Positions 25,218-37,989 of a DNA stretch of 64,000 nt are shown in pieces (position 1 is the first letter of the stretch; every line of letters starts with the position of its first letter). Made by a program: the position numbers and the translations under genes. This DNA is from Epithemia pelagica (lineage: Eukaryota; Protista; Bacillariophyta), in NCBI GenBank assembly GCA_946965045.2, contig OX337239.1, positions 124,001-188,000 of the forward strand, read 5' to 3'. Below the pieces are notes generated by a model that had not been told where the DNA came from, made no database searches, and saw nothing but the letters and a program-made list of their open reading frames with translations.

Positions 25218-25310
25218 TCTCTCTCGTGTTTTGCGAATCACACAATTTTGTGAGAAAACAAGAGCTGCGAGCCTGTATTTACACGACCAAGACCAATCAG
25301 AATGGCTCGC
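25218..25310 (-). repeat. ~92-bp dispersed repeat, copy 2 (inverted relative to 11576-11667)
   Basis: TCTCTCTCGTGTTTTGCGAATCACACAATTTTGTGAGAAAACAAGAGCTGCGAGCC..CACGACCAAGAC. Confidence 0.85.
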
Positions 25311-25557
25311 GTGAACCCCTATCGTCTTGATCCCGTGGCCTTTGACCGATACCGAGGAGCTCTACTATCGATCCTATATAGGTACTGAAAAATCAATAGT
25401 TGTAGTCAGCACTGTTATTGATCACGATCTGTGATTGGCTTGTTTGTTTCCGTTGCCTCTTTTCATTGGCCCGCCCCTCCTGTCCTTCACCCACACAGAA
25501 GCATGGAGGGAGTCGGGGCAAGTGGAAGGTGGAACACACAAGCGGAGAGTCGAGAAA

Positions 25558-26077
25558 ATGGCAAATGGAACGTGCAACACAGGCTCACAATCTTGCGCAG
25601 ATATAGAGCAGGTGGCTACCAACCATGAAAACGCTCGTACAATGGTCACCATGTCCATGATTCTCAAAACCTTTGGGCAATACGCTCTTCTCATGATCTT
25701 CCAACAAAGTAAGTGTGTGCTCGAGAAAGGTGTGCGTCAAGAGAATGATCATCCATCGTTTCCCTTCTCACTGTACTTTGCCTCCCGCTTCTTCCAACAA
25801 GGAGAACGAAGTTCCTCCTACCGTTGCTATTCGGACTCGGCAAACTCGTGCCACCTCTTTGTCGTCGAAGCAGCAACAAGGACAAGAGTGCAAAGCCGAA
25901 CATTGCTCCACAAGCTTTATTCCTTATTGCAACTTGCCCTACGCCGATCAATGGACGGCTGGACAAGTGGAGTTTCGTCAAGATTTGACCATGAGCAATG
26001 ATATTCTGGCCAATCTCATGAATCAAGCCGTGACGGACGATCCATCCTTGTTGCGATTCTTGGTTGATAATATGTGA
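25558..26077 (+). CDS. Possible short spliced gene of unknown function
   Basis: Two overlapping ORFs separated by a GTAAGT donor at ~25705. Acceptor not established. Confidence 0.25.
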
Positions 26078-26535
26078 GGAGACAAGATTTGAGCTCACGG
26101 AGAGATGTCCATTGGATCTGAATCGCGAGTTGTTGTTTTGGAGGTACACGAGTTAGATCTCCACATTTCCTTTGTCATCCACCTCCAAAACAACAACTCC
26201 CCTTCTGTGTTGAAGGAAAGCAAGTTTGTATTTAGAATGGGGAGCGACACAACAAGGGGTCATCCCAACGTTGCCCTTTTTCGGCCTAAATACGGGCATC
26301 TTACATGGCCTCAGCCGCGGCTGAGGTAGCAGTGACTGCACCTACGACGAGCCGTAGCATGTCGCAAGAAGGCACTGCCAAATCATTTTCGAAGATGAAG
26401 AATGCCATTGCGGCAATCAAGAAGGACGCTCGTCCATGCTACACGAACGCTCATAGATGGTACATACAAGGCGATTACGCAGCTTCTATTTCCCCGTTGA
26501 GTGCGAGCTAGGCTTTAGGACAGCATTTTAAAAGT

Positions 26536-26680
26536 TGTTAGCAGTTCTCCACTTCAAACGAGCAGCCGCACTGCTTATGATTGGGGCTTTTAAATTGTCG
26601 GCCTGTGATTGCCGAGATGCTTTAAACGCCCCCAATCATAAGCAGTGCGGCTGCTCGTTTGGAGTAGAGAACTGCTAACA
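26536..26680. mobile_element. 145-bp MITE/foldback element, ~50-bp TIRs, TGT...ACA ends, 6-bp TSD AAAAGT
   Basis: 26536-26585 matches the reverse complement of 26631-26680 with 2 mismatches. Inner stem TCGGC/GCCGA. AAAAGT at 26530-26535 and 26681-26686. Confidence 0.85.
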
Positions 26681-27046
26681 AAAAGTGCATGGATTCCATC
26701 ATGAATGGCAAGTTGGATAGGCCAAGAAGCGCAACCGACCATATTCCCAAAAAGTGTCCCAAGAAGAAGGCGCTGGTTCGAGAAGATTCGTTTTGACTCA
26801 CCGAGTTGGATTCCCCACAAGAGTCTTCTACTTCTCCTTCGTTACAGGACTCGAATCCTATGCTGACCGTTTGCATGGTGTCGAACCAACAACACTCCAC
26901 CCAAGAATCCAATTATCTATATTGTGGAATGATTCGGCCTTGGATTTGGATCATGCGAAGCATCTCATTGACGAAGAAACGGAACTATTGCCCAACCAGA
27001 CGAGTGGATCCAATCATGACAAGATGATCATGACAAGATGACCGGT

Positions 27047-27180
27047 TGGGCTGGCTACGATCCCGACAAGGGTATCATGGGTCTCTACCCCCAAAGAAGT
27101 ATCGACCGATTTTGCCTTTTTGCCCTTTGGTGGTGGTCAACGAAGTGTGTCGGCGATCAATTCGCCATGATGTCCACGCT
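27047..27180 (+). pseudogene. Cytochrome P450 (CYP97-like) heme-binding-region fragment
   Basis: With two frameshifts reads WAGYDPDKGIMGLYP.EVSTDFAFLPFGGGQR.CVGDQFAMM (FxxGxRxCxG motif). Confidence 0.8.
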
Positions 27181-27790
27181 ATTCGTTCGTTGTTAGTGTC
27201 GTCGTGTGGCAAACTTTAATTCGCTGTACGCTAATAGGAATAGAACATAAACGAACGATAATCTAATGTGAAACTAGCTTTGTTCACACGCTTGAATAAA
27301 TATATACCAAGGACATGATGATCCATATGGTGTTGCGAGGTGTGGCGTTGAAGAAAGAACGGAGGGTGGTGAACCATGGTGTTCCACCTCTGGAATGAAT
27401 AGCAATCAAACAAACCAAAAGCAACAGTCCCCTCTGTAATTGCCCCTACAGGTATACATGTCGACAGTGCCCGACGATCGATGGACGAAGGCGGCCGAAT
27501 AAAAATCTTTCGAGGCGGCGAAACAACAAAAACCCGCCAGAGTGGAAAGGATGCTTCTTTCTATCTATTCTTGTGGATGTGCTGGTGACAGCATATTAGC
27601 AAGAGGGTGGGACACGACACTGCAACGTCACACGACGGGGCATGTGATGCGCAGCCGCATAAACCAACAACCGGGCGGCCGTTCGAACAGTCCACTCAAT
27701 TCTCAGGTACGGCGAGTGCCTCGTCCTTCTCATCCGTGTCGTTGGGAACTCGGTCATCTCCTCATGCCCATCCTCTTCTTTTTCTTCTTG

Positions 27791-29377
27791 TCACAATTCC
27801 CCAGTACCACCACTAGTTAAACCTTCTTCTTCGCGTTCCAATTCGGTCAAGTAGACTTGGACGCGACGAATCCAAGCTATGGCGGCTTGGGGTGATCGAT
27901 TGACGAGATTGATATTGGGATTGTCGCTATTGCGTGCCATGGTTTCGGGTGTGGCCTGTTTCCACATGCGTCCCAAAAAGAATCGAAAATAATCCACCAC
28001 CGCCAATCGATAGTGCCGATAAAACATGGACCACGTATACTCGGTTGTGATGGGTGATTCTTGCTGCTGCAAGAGGTCTTGTACCGTTTCCCAATAATAC
28101 CGAATCAAACGTTCTTCTCCACTCATCCTGGACTGATCATGGTCTTTGTCCTGTTTGTCGTTCGGATGGCCCGTTTCCTCTGGTGCCGTCCTATTAGGAT
28201 TGTACAACACGTGTGGTTCGACGGCATGATGAATGTGCATGGCCACATCGGAAGCGCCATAGCCGATTCCGATGGACGCAAAATCCACCAAGACGGCAGC
28301 GTCCGCTGTGCTGGTGGTCGGCGTTGATTTTGGTTGCGGCAAAAAGACATTCATGGCCTTGGCATCGCCATGAATCAAGGTGCAAAAAGGGTCGGTCGGA
28401 TGCGGTGTCAATTCATTCGAGACGTAGTGGGCACACCGTTGCAGGCGACGACCCAAATCGTCCAATTCCACCAAGCCGGCTTGTTGCAAGTGGGACGAAA
28501 AGGCTTTGGAAAAGTGCTGCCAAGCCTCAGGCAAGCCGTGCCATTCCTTGGGATTTCGAACAGCCAAATGAAAGGAGGCCTTGGACAAGGACGTTTCGGC
28601 ACGTTGCAACAAATCCACCTTTTGCCAGGCGGCCACATGCATGCTCGCAAGGGCTTGTAAACAGGCTTGACAGTCTTGCAAGGACAATGGTGAGTCTTGT
28701 CGGTACAGGTCCGAGGAGATGCACTCCAACACCAAGGCACCGCCTACGCGGGGACCCGGCGTCAATTGAGACAGTTCCGGCAGGTCGTTCAACTTGTTGT
28801 TGGTGGTGGCAGTGGCCAGGGTGGGTTCCTCTTCGGGAATCCAGTCCTCCAAGTGGTAGGTCGCCAAGTAACAGTGCGGCAGCTGCCGGGCCGAGTTGGG
28901 CGGCAGGGTGGGTACGAAATCACGATAAAATCGAACTTCGGTACGGGCATAACACAAGGTGCGTCGCAAGTCAGCCCAATCCTTTTTGGTTTTGACGTAG
29001 GTGGAGGCCATGACTTGCTTGACAAAGACATAGGGCGGTGGTGGCGGTGATGGCGGATTGTTGTTGCTGGTACTCTTGTTGTTGTTGTCGGACGACGACA
29101 CCGAGTTGCTGCTTGGGCGAGTCGCTGTGGGAAAATGAACAATGTATCCCATGGCATTGGCTTGTCGAATGGTACGAACAATTTCATGAGACTCGACAAT
29201 GTCGGGAGCATGGGGAAAGGCCGCATGAAGCAAGGATGGGAGATCCAACAAAAGGGGTTGATGAGTTGATGGCGTTGGCGTTGGCATTGTCATGGCGGCG
29301 ACCCTCCCAGACAACCAGTAGTGACTCAAACAGGACAAAAATCCAAGGAGCAGCCAGAACGACCAAAGTAGGACCAT
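27791..29377 (-). CDS. Aminoglycoside-phosphotransferase / ecdysteroid-kinase-like (EcKL) family kinase
   Basis: VFVKQV, RTEVRFY, TLIHGDAKAMNVFL (Brenner motif), VLVDFASIGIGYGASDVA. Intact 528-aa frame. Confidence 0.85.
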   Translation of the reverse strand: MVLLWSFWLLLGFLSCLSHYWLSGRVAAMTMPTPTPSTHQPLLLDLPSLLHAAFPHAPDIVESHEIVRTIRQANAMGYIVHFPTATRPSSNSVSSSDNNNKSTSNNNPPSPPPPPYVFVKQVMASTYVKTKKDWADLRRTLCYARTEVRFYRDFVPTLPPNSARQLPHCYLATYHLEDWIPEEEPTLATATTNNKLNDLPELSQLTPGPRVGGALVLECISSDLYRQDSPLSLQDCQACLQALASMHVAAWQKVDLLQRAETSLSKASFHLAVRNPKEWHGLPEAWQHFSKAFSSHLQQAGLVELDDLGRRLQRCAHYVSNELTPHPTDPFCTLIHGDAKAMNVFLPQPKSTPTTSTADAAVLVDFASIGIGYGASDVAMHIHHAVEPHVLYNPNRTAPEETGHPNDKQDKDHDQSRMSGEERLIRYYWETVQDLLQQQESPITTEYTWSMFYRHYRLAVVDYFRFFLGRMWKQATPETMARNSDNPNINLVNRSPQAAIAWIRRVQVYLTELEREEEGLTSGGTGEL

Positions 29378-30179
29378 GTATGTGTCGGATGGAAGTCTGT
29401 GTCTGCCAGGTCTAAGGTTCGATAAGTCTCACACGAAATGCTGCGAAGAAAACTCTCTTGTGATTGTTACTTTTTTATGGATCTCGACTTGTTGAGTGTC
29501 TCGCTCCGAGAGAAACAAAAGAGAATAGTCCCATTGTGGTCTCTCGACTATCTGTGGTGATGGTGGTGGTCTCATTTTTTCATGCGTACGTGACAAACGC
29601 GACCCATATGCGGCTATATATCAAAGCGTCTCCCTGTGCGCACCGGGCCATCCGTATTCGCGCGCGAGCCAAGTTGCCGACGTGTGCGGGACGCAGTCTG
29701 TCAGTCGCCCTCCTCGCCCTCTTCTTTTGTCTCCCATAGACTCTACAACTCTATTCCAATCCTCGTCTCAACATACTCGCTGTAACATAGTTTGGGGACC
29801 ATAACACCTCTCCATATCGTAAGATTGGCTATGAGTCATGTGTGAATAACAGTGCTGATAGACTGGGCTATTCCCTTTTCTCTAAGATAACATTGCAGCT
29901 AGGAGAAATACTACGTAGACGGCAACAAAACTCTTATTCTCTCTTGGTGAGCTGGGTTTGGTTGGCAACACAGCGAAAGGCAGAGATGTTCATTGGGTTG
30001 TCCCAAAAAAACAGGTATCATTGGTAGACTTGGAAATGTCGATATTCTCCTTGTTTGCTGATTGGAAGCACGGGAACCCTTCATTCCGCCGCAATCGAAG
30101 ATGATACACCATCATTCGTTGCATCAGACCCGCCTGTTTTGGCAGGGTTATCGCTGTAGGAGACTTCCTCTGACTTGGA

Positions 30180-32900
30180 GGGCGTACTACAAGTCGATTC
30201 TTGTTTCGCTCTTCGGAAAGCACTTGGTCCAATTGGACTTTGGCCTTTGCCAAAATGTCAGTATCCACACTTTGAAGAGTGACGGACTTGTCCGAAACTT
30301 CGATCGAACACGCAAAACTTTTCCGTAGCGACTTGATGCGGGGCCATTCTTCCCAATTAATCTCGGGACCATCCACTCGGCATCGTCTCCCAATTGCAGT
30401 TGGTACAGTGCTGCGTCCAACGATGACAGTTTCTCACGGAGAACGTCTTTCAAAAGAGCAAGAGCATGGCAAACGTCTGCTCGGCATCCGCGTATCATTG
30501 CTTCGCTTTCTCGGATCGCAAACGAGATTGGGATCAACTTGATGAGATCGCGAAAGTGTGGTTTGTCCACCTTTTTTCGCATGAACTCGTCCAATGGTTC
30601 TTTCACCGTCACTCTTGCGATGGTCAATTGTTTGATCATGTGTTTGTGGCCTTTGGCTACATCTTCATTGGGACCACGCAATGTGACGGCATTCTTGGGC
30701 ATGACGGCAATGGAAACAATTGGAAAGGCCGTCTCGGTGGCCGATATATAGCGTTTCCCCGTTTTCCAACCAATACTCGGGCGGAAAAATCATCCACCAT
30801 GAATTGCAAGACATGGAAACCGTCTCCGCCCTTGAGAAATCGATGAATTGCCGTTTGGACGGATTTGACAATTGTTTTTCTTTCCAATCATTTTCACGGA
30901 GAATGATTCATGGTCAGCTTTGGACAACTACTCTTTTTGCCTCCTTTCAACAAGGCTCGTAGATCGTTTTCCAAAAGAACTTTCCGATAAGGACAGCTCT
31001 TGATGAAAGTTGTCTTGTAGAAACTGATCCACCACGGTATGTGTCTGGACCAGATTTTCCTCCGTTCCTCGGAGCAAGACAAGGAACAGTTCGTCGTCCG
31101 TCGAAACTGTAACGAACTCGTTGAGTTCCTTCCAAAACTTGGATCTCAACAAGGTCCGAAATTGGGACTGGAACCGTTGCGGATCCAGCTCAATGGCCTG
31201 GACTTGGTTGTCTTGCAAAAAGCCCCGCACGGCATTGGCTACGGTTTCCGTCGCGGATGGATCCTGGAAACTACCAATCGAGATGGTTCCGGCATGAATT
31301 CCCGCTCCACCCTTGCCAATCAAGGCTGGAATGGCCGAGGCATGAATCTCCAGTCGAACAATGGAGGATTCCTGGAGTCGCAATTTATTTTGAACCAGCT
31401 CGATGGCTGGGTCCATGACAATGGCCTTGGCACGAACTTGTACGGCTCTCTGTTCAATGGCCACACTCACCGTTACTCCTGACGACGATGACGACGACGA
31501 CGCGTCCCGACAGCCCTGATTGACCAGTTTCTAGAGTGCTTGCATTCCCCGGCCTTTTTGCGCCAGCATTAGTTCCTTGACTACGGGATCCATGGGAACG
31601 ACTTGCGTCAGTTCCTTGTGTTGGGCCAAGAGGTCCTCAGTTTCCTCCCGGGCCGATTGGACATTGCTAGGGGAGCCTCGTACGACAATTCGAGTGTCAG
31701 CCGATTCATTCTTGTCCTTGTTGTTGTTTCTTTTTCTTGTTTGTTTTGGTATCCTCCTCCTCATCGTTTTGTTCCTCCTCCGCTGTCGTTTGTGGATGAA
31801 TGGCTTGAATGGCGGCCTGATGTCGTTCGACCAAATCTTGAATGGTCCCACCCTGCTTGCCAATGACAATGGATGATTCCTGGTGCGTAATCTTCCATTC
31901 TTGTTCGGTCAAATCCAGACGCTGCAATTCTTCTTTGGCACTGGAAATGCGACACGAGCTACCGCGGAAGAATCCTCGTTCATCGTCATCATTGACGCAT
32001 GGTGGTGGCTTCGGTTGCCGGATTCATGGCTCTGAAGCGGCAGTTAGACTCGTTGGTTGAGGTTAAAGTCAAGGAAACAAACAAGGACGCAGGTGTGTCG
32101 GACGAAGAAAAGGAAAGAACAAGGAGGTAGATTTGCCAAACGAAGACGTGGATATGGAAGCGGGGGGAGGAGCAACCAACGGTTGAGACTGTGAATGGCG
32201 ATGACGCAACACATGTAGATGAGAGGTCCGAGACCATTGGAACGGTCGAGACAATGGATCAGATGGGTCATTCTAATTTGGCCGAGGAAATGGATAGGGA
32301 AGTTGAATCAGCTCGACGGCTTGTTGTTGTACATGTTCTTTTTCTTCGTTTTACTATCATCCTCATGCTCCTCTTGTTCCTCGTCTTGTGTCGTTTGTGG
32401 ATGAATGACTTGAATGGCGGCCTGATCTCGTTCGACCAAATCCTGAATGGTCCCACCCTGCTTGCCAATGACAATGGCCGATCAAATCGAGACGCTGCAA
32501 TTCTTGTTTGGCACTCGGGAACACCGGAAATGCGACACGACGACGATGCCATCCACACTGGGATGACGTCCTCGCACTTGTTCCAAAGTGTCAATGCCCT
32601 TGGCCGTCAGGTACGAGACGACGGAGGGTGACAACTCGACCGTTTCTTCAATCACGGCCAAGAATTGATCAATGCGTTGCGCCGTGCGTTACGCCGTGGT
32701 ATTCAACGATTGCAGCGGTCCCACAATGTGCAAGACGGGAGCGTTCCGCACCACTTGAATCCACGCCTTGGTAGTGTCTTGCACCTCTTGAAAATGTTTG
32801 CCCCGTTTGCCAATCCAGTTTGACCCAACAATTCTTCCACCGTACATCCCAATTGTTGGGCCTGACGGACCAAGCCCCATTCCGTCCGATGTTTCGAAAT
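30180..32900 (-). pseudogene. Multi-KH-domain (vigilin-like) RNA-binding protein pseudogene
   Basis: GxxG loops IGKRGKHFQEVQD, IGKQGGTIQDL (twice), AIPALIGKGGAGI, VLVGKRGNAI, VPRLIGKNG across many frames with stops. Confidence 0.8.
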
Positions 32901-33927
32901 GCATTGCCCCAAGGTTTGCTGTTCCTGCCGTAGATTGGAAATCTCCGTCTGTATAGATAGTAGTAGAGAGAGGATCGCATATATAGAGTATAGTATTGGG
33001 ATTGTTGAATTTGATCGTCTGCAAGGATTCTCACCAATATGACTACCGAGACGGTAAAGGACAGGGCGATGCGCTTCAAGGCTTGAACTTGCATACTTCG
33101 CTGGTCATCGTTATTGTTGTTGTCCACAGCAGACAAGCGATTTGGTAATTATGGGCGAGGCAGTTCCGCCAGTGGGTGTTTTCTGGGGCGAAGGAAAGAT
33201 GAGGGGAAGGATCAACTGAGCTCCATTGAGTGTCATGATGGCCAAGACTTCCAGTTCTAGCAGAAAAAGAGAGTGAGAGGAATAATCCACCAGACACAAA
33301 GACAGACACGGACCAGACGGGGGCGACGAGGATGGTCGTGCCGAAAGCACCATTCTCCATTCCGGTGGTCGGTTAATCTTCTGCTGCTGCTGTTGCTGCT
33401 GCAAAGTGGACATGCTGAGAAAGGACGTAGAGCATGACGTTGAGAATGCAACATCTGTGTGGATCAACGGTGTGTTGTTGATGGATCTTTGGAAAACTTG
33501 ATTCCAAACAGCGATTTCAAATTTGAAATGGATTTTGTGTATTTTTCCGTCCAAATTCCATTTAACATTGATTATTTACTAGCTTTACCAGCAAAAAGAA
33601 CTCTTCAGAAAGAAAGTCGACGATACCCCACAGAGACTCCATCCGCAGCTCCACCGCTCTTGACCTCACTCACAGCTCACAGACTCTCATCACCCACACA
33701 AAAAACACTGCAGATCTCGCTCTTTTGACGAAGGAGATTGAGGGAAGACAAAGACAGAAACCCCCTGTGCTTGAAAGCGTACTTGTGGTTGTGAATGGAA
33801 ACGTTGCAACATTGCTTGGAAAGAGTCGAATGCCGTAGCTGATTTGACACCACAACAGTCGTCGCTAAAAGGTCTCTCGATATATATTACGCCCTACCCC
33901 TTGTTTCGCTCTCGCCATTTGCTGAAC

Positions 33928-35400
33928 ATGTCCTCTACCGAATTACAAACCGCCAAAAAAATACGACCCGAATTTGCTGATTCAAGCGGCCCAAGACAAG
34001 TATACGGAAAATGATGACTTTGAAGGCAGTCAAATGGTTTTTTAATCGGCCTTGTTAACCTGGGTGGACGATGCTCGCGAACTATTGGCCGACAACAACA
34101 GTATTAACAACCGCATGGCCCTCCAACAAGCCATTGTGACACTCTGGCTCGCCTATGCCGAATTTTTGTCCTTTTGTCAACAATTCAAGTCGGCCATGGA
34201 AGCTTACGAACAAGCGACGCATTGTCCAGTGGCGGGCAGTGTCGGTATGGTGTGGTTGTCCTTTACCTAATTTGCCCAAGATAGGGAACGAAAACGCAAG
34301 GCGCAAGATATTTATATTCGAGCCCTGTTGGGAACCAATGACCGGTGGAGGAAGAACAAGATCGAGATATTTTGTGGCAAGCCTTTTTGGAATTTATGCG
34401 ACAAGGCAGCAATCCTGATTTGACCTTGGAGGATCTCCAACGGGCTGCCATGGACGAACTGCAAAAATCACAAGAGTCGTCGAATGGAATGGAACAGACA
34501 GCCCATACGGATGAGGAACCATCGAGTAAGCGCATCAAACTCATGGGAGAACCACATCAACAGTCATCAGAACTGGGTGTCGATCTATCGCCGTCTTTGG
34601 AATTGCCAAAAAACCAAGTCGTTTCGCTCGAAGCAGTCGACATTGAATCCAAGGCATTCTTGCAAGTCTTGCAACAAAAGGATGTTCCTCCGGATATTTT
34701 GGCCGCCTGGATGATTCGGTGTTTGAACCGTTGCCACCCTAATTCTCAGATCCGACTGCCAAGGATTTGTTGGGTGTCAATCTTGCCTTGGAACTCAATC
34801 AGTGTTGGCAAAGTGTATCCGGTACCATTCTGCTCAAGGTGTGTCATGCTCTGTGGACCTTGATAGCCTTGACGGACGGAAGACCATGCGGCCGAAACTG
34901 TGGCGGAATTGGATCAATCCTTGAAACAGGCCCACGAGCAACGGGAGGCCAACTTTGCCAATCAATTGGCCACTGCGACTAATCCAGCCGTGGCGGCGGC
35001 CGTTCAAGCCAATTTGGAACAAAACCGTCGCGTCTTTCAAACGGCCTGTCAAGAACAACGACAGACGGTGGTCCAGGATGTGGCCTGGCAGTTGCGGCGC
35101 TTACTGTGTGTGTGCAACAACAAGTGTTGAAGCAAGTGCCAGGCTTTGGGGGTCCGACCGTGGAAGCCCAAGTCTTGGACCAACAGGCCAAAATTTGTTC
35201 CTGCCGCCTTTTCTTCTCCGCAATCGCATTGGTCCCGAACCGTATTTGGCCTTGCTTCAGGCACAAGCGAAACGATTGCAAGAACGACAATTAAAGGAAC
35301 GACTCCAACTGCGAATGGAATCGCAACAACCGAATCCCAATCCTCCCATTCTTCTTCTTCAACTTCCTTGGATTGCTGTGCCGAACCAGCAGTTCCAGCT
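33928..35400 (+). pseudogene. HAT/TPR-repeat protein pseudogene
   Basis: LWLAYAEFL..AMEAYEQA..VWLSFT*FAQ..AQDIYIRAL..ILWQAFLEF, with in-frame TAA stops and frameshifts. Confidence 0.65.
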
Positions 35401-36809
35401 CAAACAGTGCGTCGTCTTCATCTTCGGATGTTGCTCCAGATAATGCAAGACACGTTTCCTCTCAGTCCTCCGATCCTTCATCGAGATCGCAAGTACTGGG
35501 CCCTTATCGGAACGGGAACGTTGCGAGACCAGCCAGTGTTAATCCTGTCTTTCAAGGGTTGCTACAACAACATAAAACCAACCGAGCGGCGGCAATTCGA
35601 TCGTCGGGAGGCGGTGTCGATCGACCAAACAAACAAACGACGACAAGTACAGTTGTTGTTTTGGTGTCGACCATCGTGGCCTGGTGGGCCACAGTTTGTC
35701 GCAGACCTTTGTGATTCCCCACTCGACCGCACAATCTTCGACACCATTGACAGTATCTCGAGAAATGGAACCACCCCCACCGACGCAACAAGAGGATGAC
35801 GACGACAACGACAAGGACCAACAAACCAAGGGCCATAACATTCCTCGAACCTTCTAATCTCTCCAAAAAACTGTCGTCGTCCTCCTTTGCCTCGATCAGC
35901 AGTACGACAGGATTCACAGCGACCGCACCAGCCACCATGACATCCATGTGAGGATTACAACGCGCGGCCGTCAGGGTGGCAATGCTGGTGGCGATCCTCT
36001 TTCGGTGCAATTTTTGGATTTGTCTTGGTACGAATGCACCTTGATTGATTCTTGGGAACAACAAGAGGATGCCCAATTATTCTTTTATTGGGAAATTGAA
36101 AAGCTTCGTCGCTACTTTGCCGGTTTGCGAATGAAGGACGACGGTCAATGGATTCAATCAACACAAGAAACAAGCCAGCCACACCGTGGTAGCGACAAAC
36201 GAGAAGAAGATGTGGCCGTTGAGGCCGTGGATCAACGGCGACGATCACCCACGCGACCATGACGACGACAAACTGGTGAAGAGTCGTCTGGATCCTCCTT
36301 CTCCAAGCCATCCTTCTCGTCATCCTCCTCCTCCTCTTTGTGCTGGTCCATCAAGCTAGCCAATCGACGTGAAATCTTATGGCAGAAGTCCACCGCCTGT
36401 GCGGAACGGTCCTTTCTCGAACTCAAAGACGAGTCGTCATTGCTGTCGGTATCACAGTCGTCGTGCTCCAAGGCCACGAGCTGTTGAATCCACACGCCCA
36501 AATCGTGCTGCTCGTCCTCCACAGTGTGATATAGTGAGGATGTGTGGAGGAGAGATGGAGGGAACCGGGCCGCCTCGCGTGGACGCGCAAGCTCAAGTGG
36601 GTCGCTCGTAAATCGTCCCCCTACTACCGTCGACGATACGACTATACATAGTATACGTAGTTTCCTTATATATTCGGTCAATGAGAGACCGACATGGATC
36701 AAGGAAGTCATGGCCGGGCTTGATTTGCGACGACAAGACGACCACCACCATGGACTTTGGTCATGTCTCTTTGATTGGAACCAACCTCTCTGTTTCTTCT
36801 TGTTTTCTG

Positions 36810-36935
36810 GGAGAAGCGAATCCGGCAGACTTTATTGCCAACTTTCCTCAAGGACTGGACGAATTGATTGGCGAACGGGGAACCAAACTGAGTGGAGGTC
36901 AGAAACAGCGGATTGCCATTGCCCCCGCTATTCTC
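36810..36935 (+). pseudogene. ABC transporter (ABCB-type) nucleotide-binding-domain fragment
   Basis: [36 protein letters not shown] (LSGGQ signature). No Walker A or B flanks. Confidence 0.85.
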
Positions 36936-37989
36936 TTTGGTTCCATCGTCCTCTGGGACCATTGGGCTATAGCCACACGTCCCGTTTCGCGACATTCTGC
37001 TTCGGACAAGCAACGACCGAAGACGATGCCAAAAACCTCTTTTGGTTATTCTGCAACAATGATTCGTTACGAGACACTGCTGACGAATCCTTCTTGTTTG
37101 TGGTCATGGCGGTCAACAAACCATCGAAAAGCTTGTCGCTCCATCTCTCGTGCCTGTGGGATGACAACCAACCGACTCGGATGGACAAAGTGAGGCACAG
37201 GAGGAAAATTTACCTCCTTCGACGACCAAGGAATCGATCGACTTGGATGCACCAATACAAGCATCCAATCTAATAACGAAGGGTGAATCAACGCCTTCAG
37301 AATCCCTGGACGCTACAGAGCAAGAATCACAACGAGCGGAGGACGACGCAACACCTGCTGCAACGACACTAGAATCTTCTCACTTGGATACCGAGAACGC
37401 GCAACCTCCCCCCACTGTTGACGGTATAACACCACCATCGACAGCAATAGAATCTACCGACTTGGATGTGCAGCAGGAGGACTGACTGCAATAGAATCTT
37501 CCAACTTGTATACACAAAATGATGAATTGCAACCAACAGAGGATGAAACAACACCCCTATCGATAGCAACAGTATGTATTGGTTGGATCTTCAAAAGGAG
37601 GAATCCCCGATTGACGAAAATGACGCGCCGCCCATCGCAACCGTATTAGACGAACTAGGATCCTCCTCACACCCAAAATCAATACCATACCACAGACTAC
37701 AGAGCCCTCCAAAACCCCAGAGTGTCCCATCGTCTTTACCTTTTGCTTGCACATGGATCCCACTACTAGTTCGACAAAGGACTGTATCGACTTTTTACAG
37801 CAACATCGATCGACGTTGGAAACACAATTATGGGCGGTACTGATGGGTCATGACGCCTCCTCATTATCCTTGTCGTCCACGGGAACTTGTCACATGTCGT
37901 GATGGACCGCAATGGATGGATTCCAAAGATGCAGTGGCACAGGACACAGGACACTGGTACCGACCACACTGTCACAGAGAAGACAACGA

